A stretch of 64,000 bases of DNA from an uncultured Phycisphaeraceae bacterium (GTDB lineage Bacteria > Planctomycetota > Phycisphaerae > Phycisphaerales > UBA1924): positions 812 through 64,811 of the forward strand of contig CAZPPX010000022.1 in the NCBI GenBank assembly GCA_964588585.1, read 5' to 3'. Below, one piece after another: positions 38,290-47,506 of this stretch. Position 1 is the first letter of the stretch. Every line of letters starts with the position of its first letter. A program made the position numbers and the translations under genes. Under the pieces are notes generated by a model, which saw only the letters and a list, made by a program, of their open reading frames with translations, was not told the DNA's origin and did no database searches.

Positions 38290-40935
38290 TCACGCCGCGC
38301 GCGGTGCCGTGGCCTGGGCCCGACGCCGCAGGAACACGACGGCCCCGATCGCCAGCGCCGGCACCGGCGGCAAGCCCACCGCCGCGAGGCGGATCGACAT
38401 CTGAATCCGCTCGATTTCCTTCTGGGTTTTCAGGCGCTCGTCGTCGATGCGGGCGAGTTTCTGGTCCTCGATCTCGCGGGACGCCGCGTCGAGTTTGCGC
38501 TGCTCGGCCTGCCGCACCGACTCGGCCTGAATCCGCTTGGTCGTCTCGTCGAGTTCCGGGTTCTCTTCGATCGCCTTCACCGAGGCTTCGAACCGCGCGC
38601 GGGCCGCCGCCAGACGCGACTCGGCCTCCATGTTCGCGGCCTCGATCGACGCCAGCGTCTGGGCCGCTTCTTCCGCACGCCGCGCCTCGATCCGCTCCAG
38701 GGTGCGGAACGCCCGACGCCGCTTCCGCAGTTCCACCAGCGATTCGTCCGACGCCAGCGCGTCGATCGCGTTGAGAATCAGCGTGACGTTGTCGAACTCC
38801 AGGTTCATCGCGCCGGCTTCGCGGATGCTCCAGAACGTCTCGCTGAAGGCGTCGAGGTCGGCGATCAGCACCACGTTCAGTTTGTGCTGCCCGCCGGTGA
38901 TGCGGGCCGCGAGCGTTTGTTCGCGCGCCTCGCCTGCGGGCTTGCGATTCGGGTTCAACCCACCGAACCCGAAGGGCGACCGCTGCATGATGCCCGCGTA
39001 CGCCACATTCCGGCTGCTGGGTGGGCTCTTGACGAGACTCACAAACTCCGGCGCGGCCCCCACCGGCTCCTGCCGATCAATCCGCCCCGGGAACAGCAGC
39101 ACGCACTCCTGCAAGCCCGAGGAGATCGGGGACGCCTCGTTGAACGGCTCATAATTGCGCCGCTTCGCCCCCCCGCTGCTGCGGGCCGCCCAGATGAACT
39201 CCGGCGGGGTCTCGCCCAGGTTCGGGTGCGGGTTGCTCAAATCCCACACGATCGACTCCCCACCAACCCGCGCCCCAAGCAAGGCCCACAGAGGCTGCAG
39301 ATTCGCCTTGTTTTCCGAGGGCATTTGCTGCCCGAACTGCTGCTTGGGAGGCAGTTTGGGTTCGGCCGTCGCCAGTTCAGGTTTCACCAGTGGCAGCGGG
39401 TCTTCCAGAATCAGCGCGGGCCGGCCCGCCATCAGATACTCGATCAGCGTCACGAGCCCGGCGTCGCCCAGCGCCGAGGGCTGACCAACCACCAGCGCAT
39501 CAACATTCGGCGGAACCTCCGCACCGGGCGAGATCTTCATCACGTCGAACTGCTTGCGCAGTTCGCCCACGATCGGCCAGTCGCGCCCGGGCTGGAAGGT
39601 CTGAAAGTTGAAACTGCCGAAGATCTCCGCAGGGGTATCCAGAATCGCGATCCGCTTGCGCGAAGGCGACGCGGTGGCGCGGATGGCGCGCGTCAACTCG
39701 TACTCTGCCGACAACCCGCGGCCCAGGAACTCCGTCACCGCTTGCTGCTGCCCGCTGCCCCCGGTCACCGCGAAGCCCAGGAACACCGTCTCCGCCGCGC
39801 CGGGCGTCGTTTCGCTGGGCAGTTGGCGGGGCTTGATGCCGTACGCGCGATCGGCTTCCCGCGCCTCGGCGGAGTTGGGCTCCACCGACACAACCTTGGT
39901 CTGCACCCGCCCGCCCGAGGCAGACCCGACCTCGCGCAGCAGGCCCAGCAGTGTTTCGCGCTGCTGCACCAGGCTTTCGGGCACCTTGGGCGAGACGAAC
40001 GCCGTGACCGCGACGGCACGATCCGCCGGGATGGCCTCCAGCACCTCGCGCGTGCGGGGCGAGAGCGACCAGAGCCGCTCGGCCGTGGCGTCGGCCCGCA
40101 GGGCCGTGCGATCCAGCAGCACCACCGCGCACGCGAGCATGACGATGAGCGCCGCGCCGCGCACCGGCATGTGCACAAGCGCCAGCGTGCCACGCTGCGC
40201 CCCAGCGAGTCGCCGGGCTCGGATCACGAGCACGCACAGCCACACCGAGAGGGCCGCGATGCCCGCGAAATACGCCAGATCGGCGGGGTCGATGATTCCT
40301 CGGTTGAGCGATTCGAGGCGGCGCGGCAGCGAGATCGATGCCGCCCATTCCGCGAGCCGAGAGCCGGGCATGGCCCGCTCGAACCACCCCACCGCCACAA
40401 ACGCGCCGCACGCCAGCGCGCTGGTGATGTACGCGATGGTCGCCGAGCGCGACAGGCTGCTCGCCGCAAGGCCCACGCCGCAGAGCGCGGCACCCGACAC
40501 CAGGTACCCCAGATACGTCGCCACCATCAGCCCCAGATCAGGCCGCCCGGGCGACGCGAGGTAATACAGAATGAGCACATGCGAGCCCGCAAAGAGCAGG
40601 CACACCGCGTAGATCGCCGCGGCACCCAGGTACTTGCCCATCACCAAATCCATGTCGCTGGCGGGCAGGGTCATCAGCAGTTCGTCGGTGCCCTGCTTGC
40701 GCTCCTCCGCCCACGACGCCATCGTGATCGCCGGCACCAGCATCATCAGCAGCACCCCAAACCAGGCATTGAGCGTGTCGAGGTTGGCCAGGTTGCGCTC
40801 AAAGAACGCGGGCGTCCAGAACGCCGCGATGCCCGAGAGAAAGACAAAGAGTGTGATGAAGACGTACCCTGTCGGGTTGGCGAAATAGCCCGCGAGTTCC
40901 TTGCGAAACAGCGATCGAATGACGTGCATCTGCAT
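38290..40935 (-). CDS. Fused ABC-2 permease (GldF-like) + GldG-like auxiliary domain + C-terminal coiled coil and TM anchor
   Basis: N-terminus FRKELAGYFANPTGYVFITLFVF...WAEERKQGTDELLMTLP (ABC-2 signature). The middle resembles the GldG family. The C-terminal ~150 aa are Arg/Glu/Ala-rich heptad-like, followed by a TM segment. Confidence 0.8.
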   Translation of the reverse strand: MQMHVIRSLFRKELAGYFANPTGYVFITLFVFLSGIAAFWTPAFFERNLANLDTLNAWFGVLLMMLVPAITMASWAEERKQGTDELLMTLPASDMDLVMGKYLGAAAIYAVCLLFAGSHVLILYYLASPGRPDLGLMVATYLGYLVSGAALCGVGLAASSLSRSATIAYITSALACGAFVAVGWFERAMPGSRLAEWAASISLPRRLESLNRGIIDPADLAYFAGIAALSVWLCVLVIRARRLAGAQRGTLALVHMPVRGAALIVMLACAVVLLDRTALRADATAERLWSLSPRTREVLEAIPADRAVAVTAFVSPKVPESLVQQRETLLGLLREVGSASGGRVQTKVVSVEPNSAEAREADRAYGIKPRQLPSETTPGAAETVFLGFAVTGGSGQQQAVTEFLGRGLSAEYELTRAIRATASPSRKRIAILDTPAEIFGSFNFQTFQPGRDWPIVGELRKQFDVMKISPGAEVPPNVDALVVGQPSALGDAGLVTLIEYLMAGRPALILEDPLPLVKPELATAEPKLPPKQQFGQQMPSENKANLQPLWALLGARVGGESIVWDLSNPHPNLGETPPEFIWAARSSGGAKRRNYEPFNEASPISSGLQECVLLFPGRIDRQEPVGAAPEFVSLVKSPPSSRNVAYAGIMQRSPFGFGGLNPNRKPAGEAREQTLAARITGGQHKLNVVLIADLDAFSETFWSIREAGAMNLEFDNVTLILNAIDALASDESLVELRKRRRAFRTLERIEARRAEEAAQTLASIEAANMEAESRLAAARARFEASVKAIEENPELDETTKRIQAESVRQAEQRKLDAASREIEDQKLARIDDERLKTQKEIERIQMSIRLAAVGLPPVPALAIGAVVFLRRRAQATAPRAA

Positions 40936-41022
40936 GGTGTTGATCCGGTCGAAGCCGCACGGTGCTGCGCGGCACATGCTGTCCTGAAAATCCTCGCCCC
41001 CCCCCGAACTCCTCCCCTCGCC

Positions 41023-41802
41023 TCACGCCGCCTTCGTCGCCCCGCGTGTCAGCGCCCGGAAGCGGTCCTCCATCGCCTGTTCGTCGCTGCCCAGTGAGCC
41101 CGCCGCGCCATCGTGCACAAGGGTGCCGCGGGAGATGAGCAGGATGCGATCGGCCAAGGCCCGCACCTCGCTCAGGATGTGGGTGCTGAGCAGAACCGTT
41201 CGTTTCTTGGCGAGGTTTCGCAAGAGCGTGCGCACCTGCTCGATCTGGTTCGGGTCCAGGCCCGCAGTGGGCTCGTCGAGGATCAGCACCGCCGGGTCGT
41301 GCAGCAAGGCCGCCGCCATGCCCACGCGCTGGCGGAAGCCCTTGCTCAAGTTGCCAATGGGCCTCCCGGCGACATCCGCGAGCGCACACTGATCGACCAC
41401 AACGCTAATCCGCTCGCGCACCCCGCTCCCGCTGAGCCCCCTCGCCTTTCCCAGAAAGGTAAGGAGTGAAACCGGTGTCATGTCGGAATAGAGCGGGCCG
41501 TTTTCAGGTAGGTAGCCAATCTGCCGGGATGCGGCCACGCGGTCAACCTGAACATCCACCCCGTGGATCACCGCCCGGCCGGCGGTGGGAGCCATGAATC
41601 CCGTCAGCATCCGCATGGTGGTCGATTTGCCAGCCCCGTTTGGGCCGAGAAAGGCCACAAGTTGGCCGACGGGCACCCGAAACGACAGGTTGTCCACCGC
41701 CTTGAACGGCCCGAAGTGTTTGGAGAGTCCCTCGGCAGCGATGGCCGTCACCCCTGACTCACCAGTCGGCTCACCCTTGGGCTTCACATCACGCTTGGAC
41801 AT
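41023..41802 (-). CDS. ABC transporter ATP-binding protein (GldA-like)
   Basis: Walker A GPNGAGKSTT, signature LSKGFRQR, Walker B LILDEPTAGLD. Confidence 0.9.
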   Translation of the reverse strand: MSKRDVKPKGEPTGESGVTAIAAEGLSKHFGPFKAVDNLSFRVPVGQLVAFLGPNGAGKSTTMRMLTGFMAPTAGRAVIHGVDVQVDRVAASRQIGYLPENGPLYSDMTPVSLLTFLGKARGLSGSGVRERISVVVDQCALADVAGRPIGNLSKGFRQRVGMAAALLHDPAVLILDEPTAGLDPNQIEQVRTLLRNLAKKRTVLLSTHILSEVRALADRILLISRGTLVHDGAAGSLGSDEQAMEDRFRALTRGATKAA

Positions 41803-41918
41803 TGGGCATTCCTGGAAAGATGCAGAGCGTACGCCGTTTCAGGCTCGCGCGTTCGCGAACACTCTTCACTCTATCCGGGTGGTTCTGCAAGGCCACTCCA
41901 CACCCGCACCAACCCGTC

Positions 41919-41959
41919 TTTACAAAGGCTTCGCGTCCGCAGGCTTGGAGGTTTACAAA
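41919..41959 (+). promoter_or_regulatory. Direct repeat TTTACAAA ... TTTACAAA upstream of pstS (possible Pho-box-like site)
   Basis: TTTACAAA at 41919..41926 and 41952..41959, 33 bp apart (three helical turns), about 90-125 bp upstream of the pstS ATG. TTTACA resembles the TT(A/T/C)ACA units of Gram-positive PhoP boxes (recalled). Confidence 0.2.
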
Positions 41960-42045
41960 CCGCCCAATACCGTTTCTCCGACATCGAGATGCCCGGCCGC
42001 GAGGCTTCCGGCTCGATGGTACGACAGACCTCCTTAGGAGAAACC

Positions 42046-43059
42046 ATGAAGACGACGCATCTCGGTTTGATGGCGGGGGCTTGGGTGGCGATGGCGGCGG
42101 CGGTTGCTCCCGCGCAGGAACGCATCGTGAAGGTTGACGGCTCCAGCACCGTCGCCCCCATCTCCGAAGCCGCAGCGGAGTCCTTCCAGCAGAAGAACAA
42201 GGGCACCCGTGTCACCGTCGGCACCTCCGGCACCGGTGGCGGGTTCAAGAAGTTCGTCCGCGGCGAGACCGACATCTCCAACGCCTCCCGGCCCATCTCC
42301 AAGTCCGAGATGGAAGAAGCCAAGAAGAACGGGATCGAGTACATCGAAGTCCCCATCGCCTATGACGCCCTCACCGTCGTCATCAACAAGGCCAACACCT
42401 GGGCGACCACGATGACCGTCGACGAACTCAAGAAACTCTGGGAGCCCGCCGCCCAGGAGAAGATCACCAAGTGGAACCAGATCCGCCCCGAGTGGCCGGA
42501 TGCCGCGATCAAACTGTTCGGCGCTGGTGCTGACTCGGGCACCTTCGACTACTTCACCGAGGCGGTCGTGGGCAAGGCCAAGTCCAGCCGCGGCGACTTC
42601 ACCGGCTCCGAAGACGACAACGTGCTGGTCAAGGGCGTCGAAGGCAACAAAAACGCCCTGGGCTACTTCGGCATGGCCTACTACGAGGCCCACAAGGCCA
42701 AACTCCAGTCCGTCAAGATCGACTGGATCAAGGACGGCAAGTCCGTCACCGGCGGCCCCATCGAGCCCTCCATGGCCAACGTGCTCGCGGGCAAGTACAA
42801 CCCCCTCTCTCGTCCTCTCTTCATCTATGTGAACAAGAAGTCGGCCGAGACCAAGCCCGATGTCAAGGCGTTCGTGGACTTCTACGTCAACAACGCCGAG
42901 AAACTCGCCGCCGAGGTCAAGTACGTCCCCTTCCCCTCGGAACTCTACTCGGTCATCAAGGCCCGCTGGGGCAAGATGATCACGGGCACCGTGTTCCACG
43001 GCGAATCCGCGGTGGGCGCCAAGATCGATGAAGTTCTCAAGAAGGAACAGGGTAAGTAA
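42046..43059 (+). CDS. pstS: Phosphate ABC transporter substrate-binding protein
   Basis: [72 protein letters not shown]. Confidence 0.9.
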   Translation: MKTTHLGLMAGAWVAMAAAVAPAQERIVKVDGSSTVAPISEAAAESFQQKNKGTRVTVGTSGTGGGFKKFVRGETDISNASRPISKSEMEEAKKNGIEYIEVPIAYDALTVVINKANTWATTMTVDELKKLWEPAAQEKITKWNQIRPEWPDAAIKLFGAGADSGTFDYFTEAVVGKAKSSRGDFTGSEDDNVLVKGVEGNKNALGYFGMAYYEAHKAKLQSVKIDWIKDGKSVTGGPIEPSMANVLAGKYNPLSRPLFIYVNKKSAETKPDVKAFVDFYVNNAEKLAAEVKYVPFPSELYSVIKARWGKMITGTVFHGESAVGAKIDEVLKKEQGK

Positions 43060-43111
43060 TGGTTTCAGCCCGCGTTCGAGCCCTTGACGGGGCATGATGT
43101 GGTATCCTCAC

Positions 43112-43145
43112 GAGAGAGCGCCGCGCGGCGCTCTCTCGCTTTTCC
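43112..43145 (+). terminator. Intercistronic hairpin/attenuator between pstS and pstC
   Basis: GAGAGAGCGCC-GCGC-GGCGCTCTCTC (11-bp perfect stem) followed by GCTTTTCC. Confidence 0.55.
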
Positions 43146-43175
43146 GGACTCCTCGTTTTCCCGCCCGGAGCACCT

Positions 43176-44114
43176 TTGAGCCAGGCCTTGGCCAGCGCCG
43201 CCGCCCTCGATCGAAACGACGAGGCGTCGCGCGCCCTGCGGGCCAGGCCCTTCGAGCGTGGCATCGAGTGGACCATGCTCCTCTCGGCCCTCTTCTCCAT
43301 CTTCATCACGACCGGCATCGTCTATGTGCTCGTTTCCGAGGCCGTGCCGTTCTTCCGCCATGTGTCGTTCGTCAGTTTCCTGACCGACACGCAATGGACG
43401 CCCCTTTACGCCGACAAGCACTTCGGAATCCTCCCGCTCCTGTGCGGCACCTTCGTCACCACCGGCATCGCGCTCATCGTCGCGCTGCCCATGGGCACGA
43501 TCATCGCCATCTGGCTCAGCGAGTTCGCCTCGGCGCGCGTGCGCGAAGCGGTGAAGCCCGTGCTGGAACTGCTCAGTGCCGTGCCCACGGTGGTGTTCGG
43601 CTACTTCGCGGTTCAACTCGTCGCGCCAGCCCTGCAGGCCATCATCCCGAATCTCGACCTGTTCAACATGCTCTCGGCCGGGCTGGTCATGGGCATCATG
43701 ATCGTGCCCTATGTCACCTCGCTCTCTGAAGACGCGATGCGGGCGGTCCCCATGCTCCTCCGCGAGGGCTCCTACGGCATGGGCGCGGGCAAGGTCACCA
43801 CCGCCATCCGCGTGGTCTTCCCCGCCGCCCTCTCGGGCATTGGCGCCGCCTACACGCTCGCCATTTCCCGCGCCGTCGGCGAAACCATGATCGTCGCTAT
43901 CGCCGCGGGCAACCAGCCCACCTTCACCGCCAATCCCCTCAACGGTGCCTCTACCGTCACCGCCTACATCGTGCAGGTCAGCATGGGCGACCTGCCCCAT
44001 GGCTCGCTCGAATACCAGACCATCTTTGCCGCCGGGATCACGCTGTTCGTTCTGACGCTGGGCTTCAACCTGCTCAGCGTCGTACTCCGCGCCCGATTCC
44101 GCCAGGTGTATTGA
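43176..44114 (+). CDS. pstC: Phosphate ABC transporter permease PstC
   Basis: [56 protein letters not shown] start is uncertain. Confidence 0.88.
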   Translation: MSQALASAAALDRNDEASRALRARPFERGIEWTMLLSALFSIFITTGIVYVLVSEAVPFFRHVSFVSFLTDTQWTPLYADKHFGILPLLCGTFVTTGIALIVALPMGTIIAIWLSEFASARVREAVKPVLELLSAVPTVVFGYFAVQLVAPALQAIIPNLDLFNMLSAGLVMGIMIVPYVTSLSEDAMRAVPMLLREGSYGMGAGKVTTAIRVVFPAALSGIGAAYTLAISRAVGETMIVAIAAGNQPTFTANPLNGASTVTAYIVQVSMGDLPHGSLEYQTIFAAGITLFVLTLGFNLLSVVLRARFRQVY

Positions 44115-45367
44115 CCGCCAGCCGCCCCCCTCCCGCTGTTCCCATGGACGCCATCGAATACTCCATCCTGAAGCAGCAGCGCCGCGACCGCGTCTTTCAC
44201 GTCGTCGGCATCGCGTGCTCAACGATCTGTTTGATCGCCCTCGCGGCACTCCTCGGCGGGCTGCTCTACAACGGCATGAGCCGCCTGGGCTGGTCGTTCC
44301 TCTCTTCCTTCCCCTCCCCGCGCAGCGCCGAAAAGGCCGGCGTGCTCTCGTCGCTCGTCGGCTCGCTCCTGGTGATGATCATCACCGCCAGCACCGCCAT
44401 TCCGCTGGGTGTGGCTGCGGGCGTCTACCTCGAGGAATACGCCCGCAAAAACTGGTTCACGTCGATCATCGAGATCAACATCTCCAACCTCGCCGCCGTC
44501 CCCTCCATCATCTATGGCCTCATGGCCCTGGGCCTGCTGGTCTACCAGTTCCATCTCGGTCAATCGATCCTTACCGGCGGCCTCACGCTGGCGTTCCTGA
44601 TCCTCCCCATCGTCATCGTCGCGACACGCGAAGCCCTGCGCGCCATCCCCCAGCACATCCGCGAAGCCGCGTATGCCCTGGGGGCCTCGCGCTGGCAGGT
44701 CATCAAGGACCACCTGCTGCCCTACGCCTCCGGCGGCATTTCGACAGGCATCATCATCGCGCTCTCCCGCGCCATCGGGGAAACCGCGCCGCTCGTCACC
44801 ATCGGCGCGATCTCCTATATCGCGTTCCTGCCCCCCGCGCCATTCACCGAACGCCCCTGGATCTCCGCCAACAACTCCCACGTCGCCATCGCCTCTGCGG
44901 GCACCGACGCCCCGCTCCCCATCGGCGGCACGCTCACCTTCCATGTGCGCGACAGCGAGACCTTGGCCCCTCGCCCGGAACTGACCGTCACCATGCAGCC
45001 CGGCGAGCCCGCCGAGGCGCTGCGTTCCCGAATCGACGCGCTCGACCTCTTCACCGCCACCTTCACCAGCAGCGGCTACCTCGCGATCTCGTGCGACTAC
45101 GGCCTGGAGTTTCGCGTCTCCGACACCGGCGGCCTGGCGCAGGCCATCGCCCTCGACCTGGGCGGCGGACGCTACGGGCCCACCGAATGGGTCTGGTCGT
45201 CGTTCACGGTTCTGCCCATCCAGATGTTCAACTGGGTCTCGCGGCCCGATGCCGAGTTCGCCGCGAATGCGGCGGCCGCCGGGGCCGTGCTCATCATCGT
45301 CACACTCGGGCTGAACGCCGGGGCCATCGTGCTCCGGGCCCGCATGCGCCGGAGGATCGCCTGGTGA
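44111..45367 (+). CDS. pstA: Phosphate ABC transporter permease PstA with an insertion of about 115 aa
   Basis: [51 protein letters not shown]. 418 aa versus about 290 typical. Overlaps the pstC stop. Confidence 0.85.
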   Translation: MTASRPPPAVPMDAIEYSILKQQRRDRVFHVVGIACSTICLIALAALLGGLLYNGMSRLGWSFLSSFPSPRSAEKAGVLSSLVGSLLVMIITASTAIPLGVAAGVYLEEYARKNWFTSIIEINISNLAAVPSIIYGLMALGLLVYQFHLGQSILTGGLTLAFLILPIVIVATREALRAIPQHIREAAYALGASRWQVIKDHLLPYASGGISTGIIIALSRAIGETAPLVTIGAISYIAFLPPAPFTERPWISANNSHVAIASAGTDAPLPIGGTLTFHVRDSETLAPRPELTVTMQPGEPAEALRSRIDALDLFTATFTSSGYLAISCDYGLEFRVSDTGGLAQAIALDLGGGRYGPTEWVWSSFTVLPIQMFNWVSRPDAEFAANAAAAGAVLIIVTLGLNAGAIVLRARMRRRIAW

Positions 45368-46308
45368 GCCACCCAATCGCCACACGCCGGCCTGTTGTCG
45401 TCGATGCCCACGCGGCATCGTCCGCCTCATCGGCCTCGTCCGCCCTGGATACACCTCCAACCGCCCACCCCTCGGCTACCGTTCCGGCCATCGCCACCTC
45501 GCCACCCCCATCGCGCGACTTCGTGCAACAACCCCTGCACATCGATGCCCCCCTCAAGGCGGAGGTGCGCGGGCTCAGTTTCTTCTACGGCACCCACCAG
45601 GCCGTGAAGAACGTCACGCTTCCCATCCCCGAACGCAGCGTCACCGCCCTGATCGGCCCCTCAGGCTGCGGTAAGACCACACTCCTCCGATGCTTCAATC
45701 GGATGCACGACCTCTACCCGGGCAACCGCTACGAGGGCCAAATCATCCTGCACCCGTGGAAACTCAACATCGTCGATGCCGCCACCAGCGCCCTCGAAAT
45801 GCGCATGCGCATCAGCATGGTGTTCCAAAAGCCCAACCCGTTTCCCAAGTCGATCTTTGAGAACGTCGCCTACGGCCTGCGCCTCCGCGGCCGCCGCTCC
45901 AACAGCGAGATGCAGGCCAAGGTCGAGGCCGCCCTCCGCGGTGCCGCGCTTTGGGACGAAGTGAAAGACCGCCTGAATCGACCCGCCACGGCGCTCTCCG
46001 GCGGTCAGCAACAGCGTCTCTGCATCGCCCGCGCCCTGGCGATCGATCCGGAGATCGTTCTCTTCGACGAGCCCACCTCGGCGCTCGACCCCATCGCCAC
46101 AGGCAAGATCGAGGACCTCATTCATGAACTGAAGGCCCGCGTCACCATCCTTATCGTGACGCATAACATGCAGCAGGCAACCCGCGTGTCGGACTTCACC
46201 GGCTTCATGTACCTGGGCAATCTCGCCGAACACGACCGCACCGCCAAAATCTTCCAGAACCCCTCAAACCCCCTCACCGAGCAGTATGTGACGGGCCGGT
46301 TCGGATAA
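45364..46308 (+). CDS. pstB: Phosphate ABC transporter ATP-binding protein
   Basis: GTG overlaps the pstA stop (GTGA). [65 protein letters not shown]. Ser/Ala/Pro-rich N-terminal extension of about 55 aa. Confidence 0.9.
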   Translation: MSHPIATRRPVVVDAHAASSASSASSALDTPPTAHPSATVPAIATSPPPSRDFVQQPLHIDAPLKAEVRGLSFFYGTHQAVKNVTLPIPERSVTALIGPSGCGKTTLLRCFNRMHDLYPGNRYEGQIILHPWKLNIVDAATSALEMRMRISMVFQKPNPFPKSIFENVAYGLRLRGRRSNSEMQAKVEAALRGAALWDEVKDRLNRPATALSGGQQQRLCIARALAIDPEIVLFDEPTSALDPIATGKIEDLIHELKARVTILIVTHNMQQATRVSDFTGFMYLGNLAEHDRTAKIFQNPSNPLTEQYVTGRFG

Positions 46309-46498
46309 GGCGGGAAAAGAACGCAGAGGTCGCGGAGAAAGCCCCCGAGGCACGCAGAGATCAAGACTGGGTAAGAAGCCGGATTATGCGGCAATGGGCC
46401 GGTTGTACTCTTCCGCTTCTCCATTCCTTTCACCCAATCCCCTTCCCACTCCGCGTTCCTCGGGGTCTCCCTCCGCGCCGCGTTCCTGTCTTCCGCGA
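46309..46498. repeat. Composite imperfect inverted repeat (purine-rich arm / pyrimidine-rich arm) between convergent genes
   Basis: The left arm is GAACGCAGAGGTCGCGGAGAAAGCCCCCGAGGCACGCAGAG. The reverse complement of the right arm is GAACGCGGCGCGGAGGGAGACCCCGAGGAACGCGGAG, about 70-75% identical by eye. Confidence 0.55.
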
Positions 46499-47506
46499 TC
46501 ACCCCACCTTCCTCGCGGCGACATACATCATCGATCCGCCCAGCGATGTGCTCGCGCTGAGCGAAAACCACGCCCGCGCCATGGCTACGCGCAGAGGCCA
46601 CCACCGATACGCGCGGTTCATCTCGCGGCCCAGTTCTGCGTTCAGTGAAAAGCACGCGCCTGGGTCCGCGGGCCCCTTGAACATCGCCAGCCAGCCGCGC
46701 ACCGCGTTCTCCCAGGCCGTGTAACTCAGCGTCCGCTCCACCTTCAGCCCGGGCGTAGCGTTCAAGCATCGGATCAGCGTCGTGGGGGTGAAGTCGCTCA
46801 CGTGCGAGTGCGGGATCCACTTGGCAAACCGCGGGCCCAGCCGCCTGACCGCCGCCGAGTCGAAGTTGTCGGTGTTGACGATCACCCACCCACCCGGTCG
46901 GCAATGCCGGGCCATGGAGGCAACCAGCGCCCGCGGATCGGGCGCGTGCTCGATCACCTCGAAGCAGGCGACCACATCGAACGACGCCTCGGGTAGCCCG
47001 GCTTCGTCAAGGAATCCGTCCGCGATCGACACCCGCAGGTTCTCGCGCCCCCACGCCCCTTCCTTCACGCTCGGCTCGCACCCGCGCGCCTCCACGCCGC
47101 CTTCGCGCAGGCGCGAGAGCAGAAAGCCGTAGCCCGTGCCCACATCCAGAAACGTCCGCGGCACCTGCGCCGACCCCGCCCCCCCCACCCGCGTATCCCC
47201 CTTCACGCGCCGAGGCTTCAGGTCGATCAGCCGCCGCAACGCCGCGATGTTCACGAAACTGTTGAGTTCCTGGCCCTTGCGGTGCCAGTCGCTGGCGAAC
47301 ACCTCGCGGTAGTACCGCTTCATCCCCTCGGGCGTCATCGTCCACGCGGGCCAGATAAAACCGCAATCGCCACAGCGCAGCACCGGAATGTCAGGGAAGT
47401 CGATGTGCACCGCCGACCGGCTTCGCGGCTCCCCGCACAGCGGGCAGGCGTGCCGATGCGCAAAGCCCTCGGGGGGCGTCCGCTCATCAAGCACCGCAGC
47501 ACTCAC
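46499..47506 (-). CDS. Class I SAM-dependent methyltransferase with an N-terminal zinc ribbon
   Basis: CPLCG...CGDCGFIW, then FLDVGTGYGFLLSRL...DVVACFEVIEHAPDP...GGWVIVNT. GTG start overlaps the stop of the upstream permease (GTGA). Confidence 0.8.
   Translation of the reverse strand: MSAAVLDERTPPEGFAHRHACPLCGEPRSRSAVHIDFPDIPVLRCGDCGFIWPAWTMTPEGMKRYYREVFASDWHRKGQELNSFVNIAALRRLIDLKPRRVKGDTRVGGAGSAQVPRTFLDVGTGYGFLLSRLREGGVEARGCEPSVKEGAWGRENLRVSIADGFLDEAGLPEASFDVVACFEVIEHAPDPRALVASMARHCRPGGWVIVNTDNFDSAAVRRLGPRFAKWIPHSHVSDFTPTTLIRCLNATPGLKVERTLSYTAWENAVRGWLAMFKGPADPGACFSLNAELGREMNRAYRWWPLRVAMARAWFSLSASTSLGGSMMYVAARKVG

Noticed and set aside
37990-41097. 1035-aa plus-strand ORF (and 36969..38774, 601 aa)
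   Set aside because: Antisense to the GldF-GldG and DUF4340 genes, which have clear family motifs. The translations are Arg/Pro/Gly-rich low complexity.
43084-43107. TTGACG ... TGgTATCCT promoter-like pair in the pstS-pstC spacer
   Set aside because: The spacer is only ~12 nt and the predicted start would fall inside the hairpin. More likely coincidental.
44215-45363. N-terminal 383 aa of the 697-aa ORF 44215..46308
   Set aside because: This part overlaps pstA in another frame and is Arg/Pro/His-rich. Only the last 314 aa (from the GTG at 45364) are PstB.
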